Assembly: GCF_001194135.2 (NCBI RefSeq)
Contig: NC_068989.1
Span: 10,653,383-10,717,382, forward strand
Direction: 5' to 3'
Length of the DNA: 64,000 nucleotides
Source of the DNA: Octopus bimaculoides
Taxonomy: Eukaryota
Positions 1 through 26,970 of the stretch are shown piece by piece. The notes under the pieces are model-generated. The model saw only the letters and a program-made list of their open reading frames with translations, searched no databases and had not been told where the DNA came from. Position numbers and translations under genes: made by a program. The first letter of the stretch is position 1. Each line of letters opens with the position of its first letter.

Positions 1-59
<59 letters not shown>
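1..59. repeat. (CA)n microsatellite
   Basis: Directly visible. Confidence 0.97.
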
Positions 60-60
<1 letters not shown>

Positions 61-1405
61 GCACATATTTACGCACACACAAAAATGTATTAAAAGCTAA
101 AAATCTTATGAGTGTGGGAAATTGACTATATTTATCTCACCACACTGTTGATACCAAATGAGATATGTGAGTTTTATTGTTTGGCAGTAATGAGATTCAC
201 CACATAATCGTTTTAGAGGAAATACAGTAGACACGTGTTATATTTTCACGTAGGTCAAGAAAAAGACAGGTTATAAATAACCACCAAGGGTCATATGTGT
301 ATAAACTATATGTTCCGCAAAATACAATGAGCGAATCTATTTTTAAAATATTAAGTCAGTAACAACTTTATGTAACTCGTAATATTCTGAGCTTGATTTT
401 ATAATCCGAATCTAGCTATAAATAGCTTCCAAAATGAATTGTTAAAACAATCTAAGTGTATGTAAAGTATTTCAGCTATACGAATATATATATATATATA
501 TANNNNNNNNNNNNNNNNNNNNNNNNNNNNNNNNNNNNNNNNNNNNNNNNNNNNNNNNNNNNNNNNNNNNNNNNNNNNNNNNNNNNNNNNNNNNNNNNNN
601 NNNNNNNNNNNNNNNNNNNNNNNNNNNNNNNNNNNNNNNNNNNNNNNNNNNNNNNNNNNNNNNNNNNNNNNNNNNNNNNNNNNNNNNNNNNNNNNNNNNN
701 NNNNNNNNNNNNNNNNNNNNNNNNNNNNNNNNNNNNNNNNNNNNNNNNNNNNNNNNNNNNNNNNNNNNNNNNNNNNNNNNNNNNNNNNNNNNNNNNNNNN
801 NNNNNNNNNNNNNNNNNNNNNNNNNNNNNNNNNNNNNNNNNNNNNNNNNNNNNNNNNNNNNNNNNNNNNNNNNNNNNNNNNNNNNNNNNNNNNNNNNNNN
901 NNNNNNNNNNNNNNNNNNNNNNNNNNNNNNNNNNNNNNNNNNNNNNNNNNNNNNNNNNNNNNNNNNNNNNNNNNNNNNNNNNNNNNNNNNNNNNNNNNNN
1001 NNNNNNNNNNNNNNNNNNNNNNNNNNNNNNNNNNNNNNNNNNNNNNNNNNNNNNNNNNNNNNNNNNNNNNNNNNNNNNNNNNNNNNNNNNNNNNNNNNNN
1101 NNNNNNNNNNNNNNNNNNNNNNNNNNNNNNNNNNNNNNNNNNNNNNNNNNNNNNNNNNNNNNNNNNNNNNNNNNNNNNNNNNNNNNNNNNNNNNNNNNNN
1201 NNNNNNNNNNNNNNNNNNNNNNNNNNNNNNNNNNNNNNNNNNNNNNNNNNNNNNNNNNNNNNNNNNNNNNNNNNNNNNNNNNNNNNNNNNNNNNNNNNNN
1301 NNNNNNNNNNNNNNNNNNNNNNNNNNNNNNNNNNNNNNNNNNNNNNNNNNNNNNNNNNNNNNNNNTATATATATATATGTATATATATACGTATATATAT
1401 ATATA

Positions 1406-2531
1406 CAGGGATTGGACAAAATAATGGAAACACCTAGCATCATAACATCATAATTTTAAAATATCTATAAGACCGTCAAAAGCTTGTTTATTTTTATGTT
1501 ATTTTTGATTTATTAATAGTGTTGCTTAATATGTTTAGCTAAAATTGCTGTTTCTTTTCAGATATCATTAGAAAAAGGTAATTAAAATTCATTAAAATGA
1601 CACATATATCGGACTTTGAAAGAAGTCAAATTGATGGTGCTCGTATGACAGGCGCTAGCGTAACGAAAATAGCCAAGATGTTTCGTGTATCAAGAACTAC
1701 TGTCTTGAAAGTAATGACAGCCTTTGAGAAAGAGGGGAAAACCCCCTCGTCGAAACAAAACTCCGGAAGAAAGCCAAAACTTTCAGAGAGGGACCGTAGG
1801 ACTCTTACGCGAATTGTTAGAAAGGATCACAAAAGTACTGCTCCCAAAATTACACCAGAGCTTAATGACTACCTCGAGAACCCAATTTCCACAAAACCTG
1901 TTCGCCGGGAGCTGCACAAAGCTGGATTTCACGGGAGAGTTGCAATCAGAAAACCATTACTTTCAAAAACAAACGGTGCAAAGCGTTTAGAGTGGAGTAA
2001 AAAACTACAGATTGGTCCTTAGAGTAGTGGAAGAATGTTATTTTCTCGGATTAGTCATCCTTTACCTTATTTCCGGCCACTGACCGAGTATACGTGTGGA
2101 GACAGCCAAAAGAAGCATTTGACCCCGACTGCCTTCTTCTAACTGTTAAACATGGAGGACGATCTGTGATGATCTGGGGGACTATATCTTGGAAATCTGT
2201 CGGCCCAATGGTGTTCCTTCATGGCCAAATTAATAGTAAAGACTATTTAAGCATTTTATCTGATCAAATTCATCCTATGGTTGTGGAACTGTTTCCGGAG
2301 GGAACGCAATCTTTCAGGATGATAATGCACCAATTCAAACAGTTGAAGCTGTTACTGAATGGCACGAGGAACATTCTAGCGAAGTTGCACATCTTATCTG
2401 GCCACCGCAGTCCTTTGATCTCAATACTATTGAAAGGCTTGATTTTTAATGAATTTTAATTACCTTTTTCTGATGATATCTGAAAAGTAACAGCTTTAAT
2501 TTGTTTGAAATTTTAAAGTGTTTCCATTATT
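1406..2531 (+). mobile_element. Decayed Tc1-like DNA transposon (DD36E spacing), copy 1, with left TIR and frameshifted transposase
   Basis: TA then CAGGGATTGGACAAAATAATGGAAACACCT (1406-1435). ORFs 1597-2022 (HTH-type N-terminus; SGRKPKLS, AIRKPLLS) and 2094-2459 (VKHGG, WG). Frameshifted QDDNAP...WPPQS.DLN.IE. The 3' end is rearranged and the right TIR is cut at about 2531. Confidence 0.9.
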
Positions 2532-2957
2532 AATTCTGAGTACAGAAACCACACCAACTCTAAACTGCATGCTTACTGTATACGTAGACACACAACGTTC
2601 TCCATCTACAAAACTGCGAATTTTCTCAACCAGCCTTGATGTCTGTTGTCCTTCTCCCTTCCGAACCTTTCATCGTCTCACAACTCCCCTTTACCGGCCA
2701 TGAAAAAGATCTCTTATACACGTATTCCCGATGACAACTATCATAGTTTAGAAAGCTTTCAATGATATATTTGCTTTGGGTATAATATACAGATTGCTGT
2801 TTTGGACTAATACTTTTTCCGGCGCTAATAACAAATATGTATGTTACCATGTGTGTGTATGTATGTGTGTACGTACACACACACACACATACACACACAC
2901 ACACATACATACGCGCGCACGCACACACACACACACACACACAAACATACACGCATA

Positions 2958-3480
2958 CAAGGGTCTGCTGAAAAGTTCATAGGCTGACCAAAATATTTTC
3001 ATGGAATGTGACCAAATGAGGTTTATTTTTCAACATAGTGCTCCCTTGTGGTGAACACATATGTCATCAGTGTTGCGGTGCTTGGACCCCATTGGTGAAG
3101 AATCTTTTCTCCTGTTGGACAAGAAGTCGTCAACAGCAAATATAACGTCATCATTACTGCAATACTGGTTCCGAATCAAGTATTTTTTTTGCGTTGGGGA
3201 ACAGGATGAGAGTCGGCAGGGGCCAAATCAGAAGAATAGGGAGTGTGATCAACCAGTTCAATGCCACAGTAACGCACAATAGCCATTAAACCCAAGAACT
3301 TTTGCGCTGGAGCACAAGACCTCTTTCGTCAGTTTTCCTCGGTGCTTGGTCTTAGCCTTTCGTAACTGCCCCAATATGTTGGCAAAATACTCTTCATTGT
3401 TGGTGTGCCCTTCTTAAAGATAGCCAGTAAACACAATGCCTTTTTTTCATCCCGCAAAACAGACCATCGACTCTCCCGCA
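2958..3480 (-). mobile_element. Mariner-type transposon relic, 3' part
   Basis: Terminus TA-CAAGGGTCTGCTGAAAAGTTC. Minus-strand translation near 3205-3255 reads like HTPYSSDLAPADS (mariner HPPYSPDLAPSD motif); multiple disruptions. Confidence 0.65.
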
Positions 3481-3595
3481 GTTAAAATGATCTTGGCCTT
3501 CTTTGGAACAGGGAAGGAGGGTTTTTTCCACTGCATCGATTGTCTCTTTGACTCTCGCTCATCTTGGGTTAGGAAATATTAACGAGCCCAATATT

Positions 3596-3737
3596 CAGTT
3601 GGTACTTTTTTATAGACCTCGAAAGAGTGTAAGGCAAAATCGACTCCGGCGGCATTTGAACCCAGAACGTAAAGACGGACGAAATGCAGCTTAGCACTTT
3701 GTCTAGCGTGCTAACAATTCTGTCAACTCACTGTCTT
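3596..3737 (-). mobile_element. tRNA-derived SINE, family A (AAGGCGGCGAGCTGGCAGAATC...-type), degraded
   Basis: Reverse-complement similarity to the copies at 6939-7480, 51645-51850, 58020-58230 and 63430-63586. Confidence 0.75.
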
Positions 3738-3754
3738 AAGGTTAGGGTTAGGAT

Positions 3755-5570
3755 TAGGGTTAACAATGATCTGAAGTTATATGCAAAAGATGACAAGGAT
3801 CTGAAAGGGCTACTAGTAACTGTGAAAAAATTCAGCGATGACATCAATATGGAATTTGGTCTTGACAAATGTACAAAAGCTCCATTCAAACGTGGTAAAC
3901 TGACAGCTAATTCCACGACCCAACTTCAACTTGAAGGTACATCAATCAAGGACTTGGATCAAGAATGTTTTATAAGTATCTCGGGGTGCACGAAAGGAAA
4001 GGGATTCAACACGGATCAATGAAAGTGAAGATCGGGAAAGAGTATTATAGACGTGTCAGAATGGTCCTAAAAATTGAACTAAACTCTCAGAATAGTGTTC
4101 GCTCTCTTCCCATTATCCACACAACTGAATAATACTAAGAAAGGGTATAACATCTTTGACCAGAAAATTAATCATCTGCTCTATATGGATGATCTAAAAC
4201 TGTTTGCCAAAAACGAGAAAGAATTAGAAGAGCTCCTGAATATTGTCAAAGAATTCAGCTCTGATATAGGTATGGAATTCGGATTTGATAAATGTGCAAA
4301 GGCTACTTTCAAGGCAGGATAGTTCATAAAGGCAGAATACATAGATCTTGATACTACCACAGCTATTCGAAACCCAGACCAATCCGAAGTATACAAATGT
4401 CTGGGAATCAATGAAAGTGATGGTATCCAGTACTCTAAAATGAAAGAGAAAATCCACAAGGAATGTTACCTATAGGTAAGAATGGTCCTAAACTCAGAAT
4501 TAAATGCTGCTAACAGAATTAATGCGACCAATTCTTTGGCCAAACCAGTAACCACATGTAGCTTCGGTATCATTAAGCGGAGTCTCACTGACATGCAGAA
4601 TATGGACGGAAAGATCTGTAAAATCCTTACAAGGTACCGAATGCACCGTCCAAAATCAGGTGTAGACAGGATTTATCTCTCAAGAAAAATAGGTGGAAGA
4701 GGCCTGATACAGCTTGAACAGTCCTTCAAATCAGCAATAATAAACATAGAAACGTACTTTAATACAATAAGTGCCGTGTTTTTACGAACTGCACTAAAGC
4801 ATGAAGATTCCAAGCAAGCTTTGGTCATGAAGCTTAGTAAGAAATTTAAAATGTCTCTTGGCCTACAGGTTAACAATAAGAATGACCAAAGATGCCCAAA
4901 TACTGACAGACCTACCATTGCTTCTCATGATTTAGAAATTAACAATCAGAAAGACCAACGAAATTCAAATAGTGACAAACCTATCACTGATGCAAAAAAA
5001 AACATCAAATAAAATGCAAACAAGGCTTGCATGAATAATATCGAAGACAACTAGAAATGCGAACTCCTGCATGGAAAATACCTTCACCGCCTGTCCAAGC
5101 TAGATATTGATCAAAATCTAACACACCAATGTCTACAAGGGACAGGTCTGAAAAGGGAAACAGAAGGTTTTGTTATTGTAACGCAAGATCAGAGCTTACC
5201 TACCAGAAACTACTATGCAAACGTCCTTAAAGATGGATCTGACCCCTCGTGCAGAATTTGCGGAAAATTTACAGAGACAATTGGTCATGTCGTTTCTGGC
5301 TGCCTAGACCTCACTGAAAAGGAGTACCTCATAGGACATGATGGATTAAGGCAGTGGATCCACTGGAACGCTTGTAAATACTACAAAATTAAATTCCATG
5401 ACAAGTGGTACAGACACTATCCAGAGGCTGTAGTAAATGGCGAGTGTGTCACCATCTTTTGGAACTTCCCAATACAAACAGAGAGAAAAGTTGACTCCGA
5501 TCGACCAGACATTGTGATCAAGGACTACAGCAGAGGAACTTGTCTGTTAACAGATATGTCTGTCCCACAA
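3755..5570 (+). mobile_element. Dong/R4-like non-LTR retrotransposon relic (RT, CCHC knuckle, restriction-like endonuclease)
   Basis: NHLLYMDDLKLFAKN (RT YxDD); MEFGFDKCAK; GVDRIYLSRKIGGRGLIQLE; CRICGK..ETIGHVVSGC; RPDIVIKD..TCLLTDMSVP (PD..D RLE motif). Many stops and frameshifts. Confidence 0.85.
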
Positions 5571-5577
5571 GATCAAA

Positions 5578-5612
<35 letters not shown>

Positions 5613-5626
5613 AATAATAAAAAAAT

Positions 5627-5970
5627 GCAAGCTGTGTGGGATTTTAACATTCAGACTGACAGAGTAATAGAAGCTAGACAGCCTGATTTGGTAGTAGTAG
5701 ATAAAGAGAATAGAAAGTGCCAAATAATTGACTTTACAGTCCTAAATGATGAAAAAATTAATATGAGAAGTATAGAAAAAAATAGCAAAGTACCAGGACC
5801 TAGCTATTGAATTACAGAGACTATGGAAAGTGTGGGTAAAATGTATCCCAGTAGTTATAGGGGCATTAGGAACTTTCCCTACAGATTTGAAAAGATGGAC
5901 AAAGAAAATAGGCATAAAACCCAGTTCAATACAGCTGTAGAAAACAGTGTTATTTAGGGACAGCTAGGAT
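5627..5970 (+). mobile_element. Second, divergent Dong/R4 RLE 3'-end fragment
   Basis: AVWDFNIQTDRVIEARQPDLVVVDKENRKCQIIDF; flanked by (GAT)n(AAT)n at about 5580-5620 and (AAT)n/(AAC)n at about 6065-6165. Confidence 0.75.
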
Positions 5971-6064
5971 ACTTAGGAGGGTTCTTGGCATCTAAGGTTA
6001 CTTGTTGTAGCCTGATGTTAGGATTCTTTTCTTTTCCAACAGTCTGATCTATTGAATGTATATG

Positions 6065-6124
6065 ACTAATAATGATGATGATGATGATAATAATAATAAC
6101 AACAACAACAACAACAACAACAAC

Positions 6125-6163
<39 letters not shown>

Positions 6164-6165
6164 CC
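6065..6165. repeat. Compound (AAT)n/(GAT)n/(AAC)n microsatellite
   Basis: Directly visible. Confidence 0.95.
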
Positions 6166-6938
6166 TTTCTATTATAATCACAAGGCCTGGAATTTGGTGG
6201 GAGGGAGTAAGTCGATAACATCTACCCCAGTATTCAACTGGTACTTAATTTACCATTTTGATTTTGATTTTGTCTTGACGAGTTCGAAAAACGAACGAAA
6301 GCGTTAATAAAGAATTATCGGTGCTGGTTTGTTTACGTTACAGTAACTTATCGGTTCAGTAAAAATAACGGAGTGCTCGAGTAAACTACTTTATTTGAAA
6401 TACTACATTTAAGTCATGTATTGAGACTAGTCCTACAAGGTTAAAGAAGTAAAAGAATAAAAGAACAATCCTTCATGGAAGAGACAAATGACTTGGCAAT
6501 TACTGTTATCGCTTTTTCGCTTACTCAATTTCCTCACAAAAAGGAATAATTAAATAGAAACACTCCAATATTGAGATAGTCACACCCACACACACATACA
6601 GATAATACTTTGAGACACACGACAGCACATGTGACACAGTCAAGAGTTGATTGAGAAGTGAAAATATGTTGTTGGTTTACTTATAGTTCGAACAATACAT
6701 AACGTGTCACTAGATCACGTTGACAATGAAGTTATTGTTTTCTGAGTGTCGTATTTATTTTCTTCTATTAGAAAAGATAAAATGCGTTGAAATATTTCTG
6801 AAATATTACAATGTTTTTCATTTTACTTAATTTTTATGAATAAATCTTTCGTTGAAAACTTCTCCTAATTAGTTTCGTTTAAAGGTCTCTTTATAATTCT
6901 CGGAGCGTAGGCCCGTTTATACTGTTAATAATAACTGG

Positions 6939-7480
6939 AAGGCAGCAAGCTACTAGAATCATTATTACACCGCGAAAAATGCTTAGCGGCATTTCGTTCG
7001 TCTTTACGTTTTCAGTTTAAATTCTGCCGGTGTCAACTTTGCCTTTCATTCTTTCGGCATCGATAAAGTAAGTACCAGTTGAGCACTGGGGTCGATGTAA
7101 TCCATTGACCCGTTTCCTCGAAATTTCAGGCCTAGTGCCTATAGCAGAAACGAATAACAGCTGGAAAGTAGCAAGCTAGTACAATCTGGGATCGTGTTAT
7201 TAATTTGATCTCTTTTCCAAAATTTCAGACTTTGTGCCTATAGTAGAAAGAATTATTATTAGTAGCTGGAACCGAAAGCGGCGAACTGGCAGAATCATTA
7301 GCATAGCGGGCAAAATGTTTAGCGGCATTTCATCCGTCCTTAAGTTCTGAGTTTTATTTCCACTGATGTCGACTTTACCTTTCATCCTTTCGGAATCGAT
7401 AAAATAAGTACCAGATGAGTACTGGGGTCGATGTAATCGACTTACGTGAAACTGCTGGCCTTACACCAAAATTTGAAACC
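6939..7480 (+). mobile_element. Two tandem SINE family A copies
   Basis: Both begin AA(G/A)GC(A/G)GC(A/G)A(G/A)CT and share ...GATAAA(A/G)TAAGTACCAG..GAG.ACTGGGGTCGATGTAATC. Confidence 0.8.
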
Positions 7481-7682
7481 AGTAATGGTTGGAACCTTTA
7501 AGAGAGTAAACAAGTAAAGAGATATGAAAACTACCATGAGGTTTCAAATATTAATCGTGCCTTAATCTTGTCTGAGAGCTGTAGTTATAAGAGATAGAAT
7601 TTATTGGATATTACCTGCTATTTTCGCAAGTCTTTCGCGGGCAGTGCATTTCGCTAATGTTCAACTCGAACAGTTTAAGGTG

Positions 7683-7742
7683 ACGGCTGTAAGGGGAGGG
7701 ACGACTGTAAGGGGAGGGACGACTGTAAGGGGAGGGACGACT
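7683..7742 (+). repeat. 3 x 18-bp G-rich minisatellite ACG(G/A)CTGTAAGGGGAGGG
   Basis: Units at 7683-7700, 7701-7718 and 7719-7736, plus partial ACGACT. Confidence 0.95.
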
Positions 7743-8411
7743 AAAAACTGTCTGCTGGGGAAAAAATTACATATATATTATATTCATATATATAATATAT
7801 ATGTATATATATAATATATATATAATATATATAAAATATAATATGTATATAATATATATTATATATATATAATATATATATAGATAATATAATATATAAT
7901 ATATATATATAATATATATAACATATATAACATATATATATAATATACATATATATATATAATATATATATGTAATATATATATATAATATATATGNNNN
8001 NNNNNNNNNNNNNNNNNNNNNNNNNNNNNNNNNNNNNNNNNNNNNNNNNNNNNNNNNNNNNNNNNNNNNNNNNNNNNNNNNNNNNNNNNNNNNNNNNNNN
8101 NNNNNNNNNNNNNNNNNNNNNNNNNNNNNNNNNNNNNNNNNNNNNNNNNNNNNNNNNNNNNNNNNNNNNNNNNNNNNNNNNNNNNNNNNNNNNNNNNNNN
8201 NNNNNNNNNNNNNNNNNNNNNNNNNNNNNNNNNNNNNNNNNNNNNNNNNNNNNNNNNNNNNNNNNNNNNNNNNNNNNNNNNNNNNNNNNNNNNNNNNNNN
8301 NNNNNNNNNNNNNNNNNNNNNNNNNNNNNNNNNNNNNNNNNNNNNNNNNNNNNNNNNNNNNNNNNNNNNNNNNNNNNNNNNNNNNNNNNNNNNNNNATAT
8401 ATATATGATTT

Positions 8412-8443
<32 letters not shown>

Positions 8444-8584
8444 ATATATATGTATATGGAATATATATATGTAACATGATATATATATATATATTATATA
8501 TATAATACGATATATATATATGATTTATATAATATATATATATATATATAATATATATATACATATGTAATATATATGTATATG

Positions 8585-8643
<59 letters not shown>

Positions 8644-8765
8644 TATATATGCATGCGTGTGAGCGTGTATGTGTGTATACATGAGTTCATGTATTGTATA
8701 TGTGTATTTATGTATTGCATATGAAAGAACTTTTTATGTATATAACATTATTTGAACTTTTGCAG

Positions 8766-22264
<13,499 letters not shown>

Positions 22265-22547
22265 TCTGTTCTTGGCTACTATCATTACAAAATTACAGCA
22301 CATTTATGTACACAGACGCGTATTTAATGTACATAGACATTTCAAAAGTAAATAGACACAATCAATTTTGAAAGATTTATTTCTAAAAACAAAATAGTGT
22401 CGTTTGATGCATTGAAATACTTAATCAAGTATTTATTAGACATGTTTTGTGCAGTTTTTAAATAATTTACGAATCGTACTTATGAACAGCGTCTGCACAG
22501 ATAAAACGGTATATTGAGGGTCGTCTATTTACTTTTGAGATGTCTGT

Positions 22548-22579
<32 letters not shown>

Positions 22580-22721
22580 GCATGTGTGTGCATGCATAAA
22601 CGAAAAATAGCATATACATACATAGACACACTGACGTAGTATACAGATATATTTGTGTGTGTTATCTAATGAAAACAGAATTGTGTAAAACAGAGAAATA
22701 TCTCGAGAAGTTGACAATCAT

Positions 22722-22753
<32 letters not shown>

Positions 22754-24283
22754 ATCGTGCGTGTGTTTGTGTGTGTGTATATGTGAATGTGTATGTTTAT
22801 AGTGAATGTGATTGTCATACGATGATTCGAAGAAAGAAGCCACGTCATAAAAGAACAGAAGCGACCCTATTGTTAATTTTAAAAATATATAATTCCGAAA
22901 CTTGTTCGGTTTATATGACGTTGGGTAGACTACATAATACCAGGAAAAGTATATATCTTTGTCGGACTGTCTTTTCATAATGTGGACTGTGTGTGTCATC
23001 TTTTATACCAGAAAATTTTCGGATAGCTATTTTCGGATGCATAGTTAAACAAGTGATCTGTAAGTGCCTTTAACGATTTAATGCACATAAACTTTGCTGC
23101 TGTTAAACTATATGAATAGTGATATTTGAAGTTACTTTTGTAACTTTTTAAACCCAAGATTGGCTATTTATTTATGCTGTAATTAATAAACTTGATTCGT
23201 TCATGCACAAAAATACAAAATACAGTCACACACACCCATATACATACACATATACACGCACACATACACACGCACACACACACACACACCAACCAAACCC
23301 AGGAATATTCCTACAATATTAACATTCTGCTCAATATATATATTTGTGTATGTGTGTGCGTGCGTGTATGTGTGTATGTGTGTACGTGTGTGTGTGTATG
23401 TGCGTGTGCGTGTGTGTGTAAGTGTGAGTGTGTATATATATATTTACTGTTTTAGTAGCTTATACTCGAGGGCCGTGACGATGGTAGGATGTATATATGT
23501 ATATAATGAGGGCTTCAATTCAGGAAATTGAATTAGACAAAATATAGAGGTTTCAGTAATAATGGGCAGCGGACTGAATAGAGGAAAACAGGAAATCCTT
23601 GAGGCCATGCAATACGCTGTCAAAACATCTTGATTATCATTTCTAGTTCGCTTTCTTTTCTAATGGTCCATGTATTATAGATATTAACACTAACTTGTCT
23701 ACACACTGTACATCCAGGTCATTTTAAATTACACAAAATAACATGCAATACTCTATAAGGTTTATGACCGCTTCATTAATAATCTGACTGGTTCAGCGCA
23801 TCCGGCCTCAAACACGCCTTCCTTCCATACATCAACCCAAGTAACTTAACGCATTCAGAAAACTTGTAGTTAATCAACAACGGTTATAACATAGGTTTTC
23901 TTAATCTGTGTGTTTGAGGCTAATGATCAAAACAGTGAACAATAGTAATTTATAAAATAATTATTAAACATATATAATTTGTGATATTCTTTCTTTTGAT
24001 AATAAAAATTCTACGGAAATGTCTTCCAGTATTCGTTTTTGTTTATATGTATCTATTGATTGTATTATCTGTTACATTTTTGTCTGCCTGCATTTCTACG
24101 TTTTTGTGCGTTTGCATATGACTAAATATATGTTTGTGATGTATGTGTATAGGCGTCTTTCCTTCGCAAAATGAATCACGAAGTTCATGTGGCTAATGTA
24201 CTATCGACCCTTTTCCGTTTACAAAGTATAGCTTTGTATGTGTGTACATATGTAATACATGCACACATACATCAGACATACAA

Positions 24284-24346
<63 letters not shown>

Positions 24347-24649
24347 CAGATAAACAGAGAGACAAACAGAAAGACAGACAGACAGGTTGCATTTTACTCA
24401 TAATCTAGTTTCTTGCAGTCATTAACTTGTAGATATTCTGAATGCTGTGCACAGCTGTGTTACGAGACTGAGTGGACCTGTGAAGATCATTGGTTCCTAT
24501 CTCAGTTTCTTAATTTCCAATATTGACTTCTTTGCCACTGCACACATATTGTATTGCTCAAGAAAGCAAAATGAGGTACATTTTTAAAGTCGTTATTCTA
24601 ATGTAACTGTAGACAACATAAACAGACTTATACTATTGTGGTCTTTATA

Positions 24650-25150
24650 AAAGTTCTCATATCTTTACATGCTTTCATATATTTTTCTTTCAATGCAATA
24701 TCATACGCAAAATATGCATCCTATAACAACCTGCCAGTGTCCATATGATACCGTGTCCTTCTCGATAAACTTATTTCAGTCCAAAATTTGTAACAAGACT
24801 TGAAAGAAGGTTGAGAAATGACACAATATTTTTAAACTCCAGTTTTAATAGAATAATACTATGCCATTATTTCATTAACATTCCTTCATACACAATAATC
24901 AGAACTTTTATGCACTGCCGTCGTTATGTTTACTAATTTTTCATATATGCTATAATTTTTTGACAATTTTTCCAAATGAAATTTCGAGCTACACCGTCAA
25001 AACATTCTTGAAGGTCATTGCTCATTGTTTCTTTACGTTTGGTTACACAAATAGGTCGAGCTTTCATAGAGGAGGAAAATAAATTCAAATATAATGGATT
25101 ACTGATTATTTTACTTAGCCTGGAGGTTGAAAGACAAAATTGGTACAATA
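24650..25150 (-). mobile_element. Possible highly degraded L1/Tx1-type ORF2 remnant
   Basis: MYQFCLS...RNFIWKN resembles the post-RT FIW motif of L1-clade ORF2; otherwise full of stops. Confidence 0.3.
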
Positions 25151-25228
25151 TTAAATACTAATAGGCATTAGATTCTACACTCTGCTGTTTCCGTTATATC
25201 GATGCTTAAAAAATAGTAAGAAGAGTAG

Positions 25229-25230
25229 TA

Positions 25231-25283
<53 letters not shown>
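25229..25283. repeat. (CTA)n microsatellite
   Basis: Directly visible. Confidence 0.95.
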
Positions 25284-25288
<5 letters not shown>

Positions 25289-25479
25289 TCTTTTCATGCT
25301 GTACTGTAAACTGGGATGTGCTTGCATGTTTTTGAAGCATACTACAGCAGCTGTATAATAATACATACATACATACATACATACATAGATGCACACATGT
25401 ATACATACATACATGCATACATACATACATAGATGCACACATGTATACATACATATTTAGGCTACTTGCTTGAACGCTT

Positions 25480-26620
25480 GACGAGATCCAAGTCATTGAT
25501 GTGAAAACCTGAAGATAGTAACCGGCATACATAATTTCCACCTCAACAGTGACGTAGACCACCTCTACCTAAAGTGGAAACAAGGGGGGGAGCAGGGGCT
25601 TAACATCGATCCAGACTGCTTTTGAATGTCATATATCCCTTCAACAATATCTTTTAACCACCAAGTGTTGAAGTGCGTTCCTTGACCAAATTTGCACACA
25701 CGAGGCAGATAACGTCATGAGACTTGGAAAGCAGCTCCTTGAGCAGCGTTCCTTGTCTGATAACCTTGAATACATGACTAAAGAGTCGCACGACTCTACC
25801 GCAACATATGAAAGAATGAGCGTATATCAGCGGAAGACCATGCTTGGATAAGTTAGCAGAAAGCTCAGAGATGATAGTAACATTGAGAATCGAAGCAGTC
25901 TATCATTAACCAAAAACCAGATTACTAACTCTCACTTTGAAGAGTATGCGTTCGCAATCCAGGAACAAGAAATATTAAACAAATACTTGATGTACGAAAG
26001 GGACAGAAAGGTAGGGGAAATACCAAAATGTGATAACCGATGCAAACTTTGTGGAGTTAACACCGAGGATATCACTCACATTATAAGCAGTTCTCCAAAA
26101 ATGTCATAGCGGCATTATCAATCGATGAAATACTGTATAATGAGATCCATCGGAAGGATAACACCGAGGCCAAAGAAATAAGAACACACAGTATAGTAGA
26201 GGCTATAGCTACTCACAATAAGAAGGAGTACTGGTGGAATGTCCCTGTGAATGCCTCAATGAAATATAAACATAATATACCTGACATAGTGATTTGAGAC
26301 AGAGAAGTGAAATTGTGTATAGTAGTAGAAATTAGCTGCTCAGCAGATGTTAGCACAGAGCGAAAGATTAGCGAAAAAAAAATACCTATGCTGAACTATA
26401 GAGAAATCTATTGTCACTCTACCCAGATTACAAGTTCAGGTTTATACCTGTAATCATTGGGGCATTGTGATATGTAACACACTGCCTAAGTATCAATCTT
26501 GAGAAATTAGGCTTCTCAAAATCAGAAAGGAGAAAGCTGATTCGAAGACTACAGATCGAAACCATCACTGGAACTGTAAAAATTTGTTAAACTTTCCAAA
26601 AGTTTATCATCATTTAAGTA
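25480..26620 (+). mobile_element. Dong/R4-like non-LTR retrotransposon 3' fragment
   Basis: NSDVDHLYLKW..G.RGL; CKLCGVNTEDITHIIS (CCHC-like); YWWNVPV...IPDIVI.DREVKLCIVVEISC (RLE); multiple stops. Confidence 0.8.
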
Positions 26621-26829
26621 TATATGAGCATGACTAGACTTGCAACCATAGGCATGGCAATACATAAATAAAACAAAGCATACAAACTTGCACACATACA
26701 TACATACATGCAAAAATACCCTATCGATGTTGTTGAAATTCTCGTGAAGGAGGTTAGAAACCGGTTCTTTCTCTATTAGCAAGAAATCTTAAAATAAAAC
26801 TAAATAATGACATACATGCATACATAGGG

Positions 26830-26970
26830 AGAATTCACAAAAAAAAAAAACAGTCGAAGACAGGTGGTGTAGAAAACAAATAGGTGTATTAGTATAACGC
26901 TCGGGAATTAAAAAAAAGTCTTTAACGTTTCGCGCCTACGCTCTTCCACAGAAAGGAACACAGAAAGAAA
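26830..26970 (-). mobile_element. Solo Penelope-like terminal repeat fragment carrying a hammerhead-like motif
   Basis: Near-identical reverse complement of 37830-37970. Confidence 0.65.

Noticed and set aside
399-1443. Long ORFs spanning N gaps (also around 7767-8720, 32262-33132, 37834-38415, 48867-49425, 55030-55713)
   Set aside because: They are open only because N codons are not stops; the flanks are (TA)n/(CA)n repeats.
7683-7742. CRISPR-like array
   Set aside because: No spacers, only three contiguous units, and a eukaryotic context.
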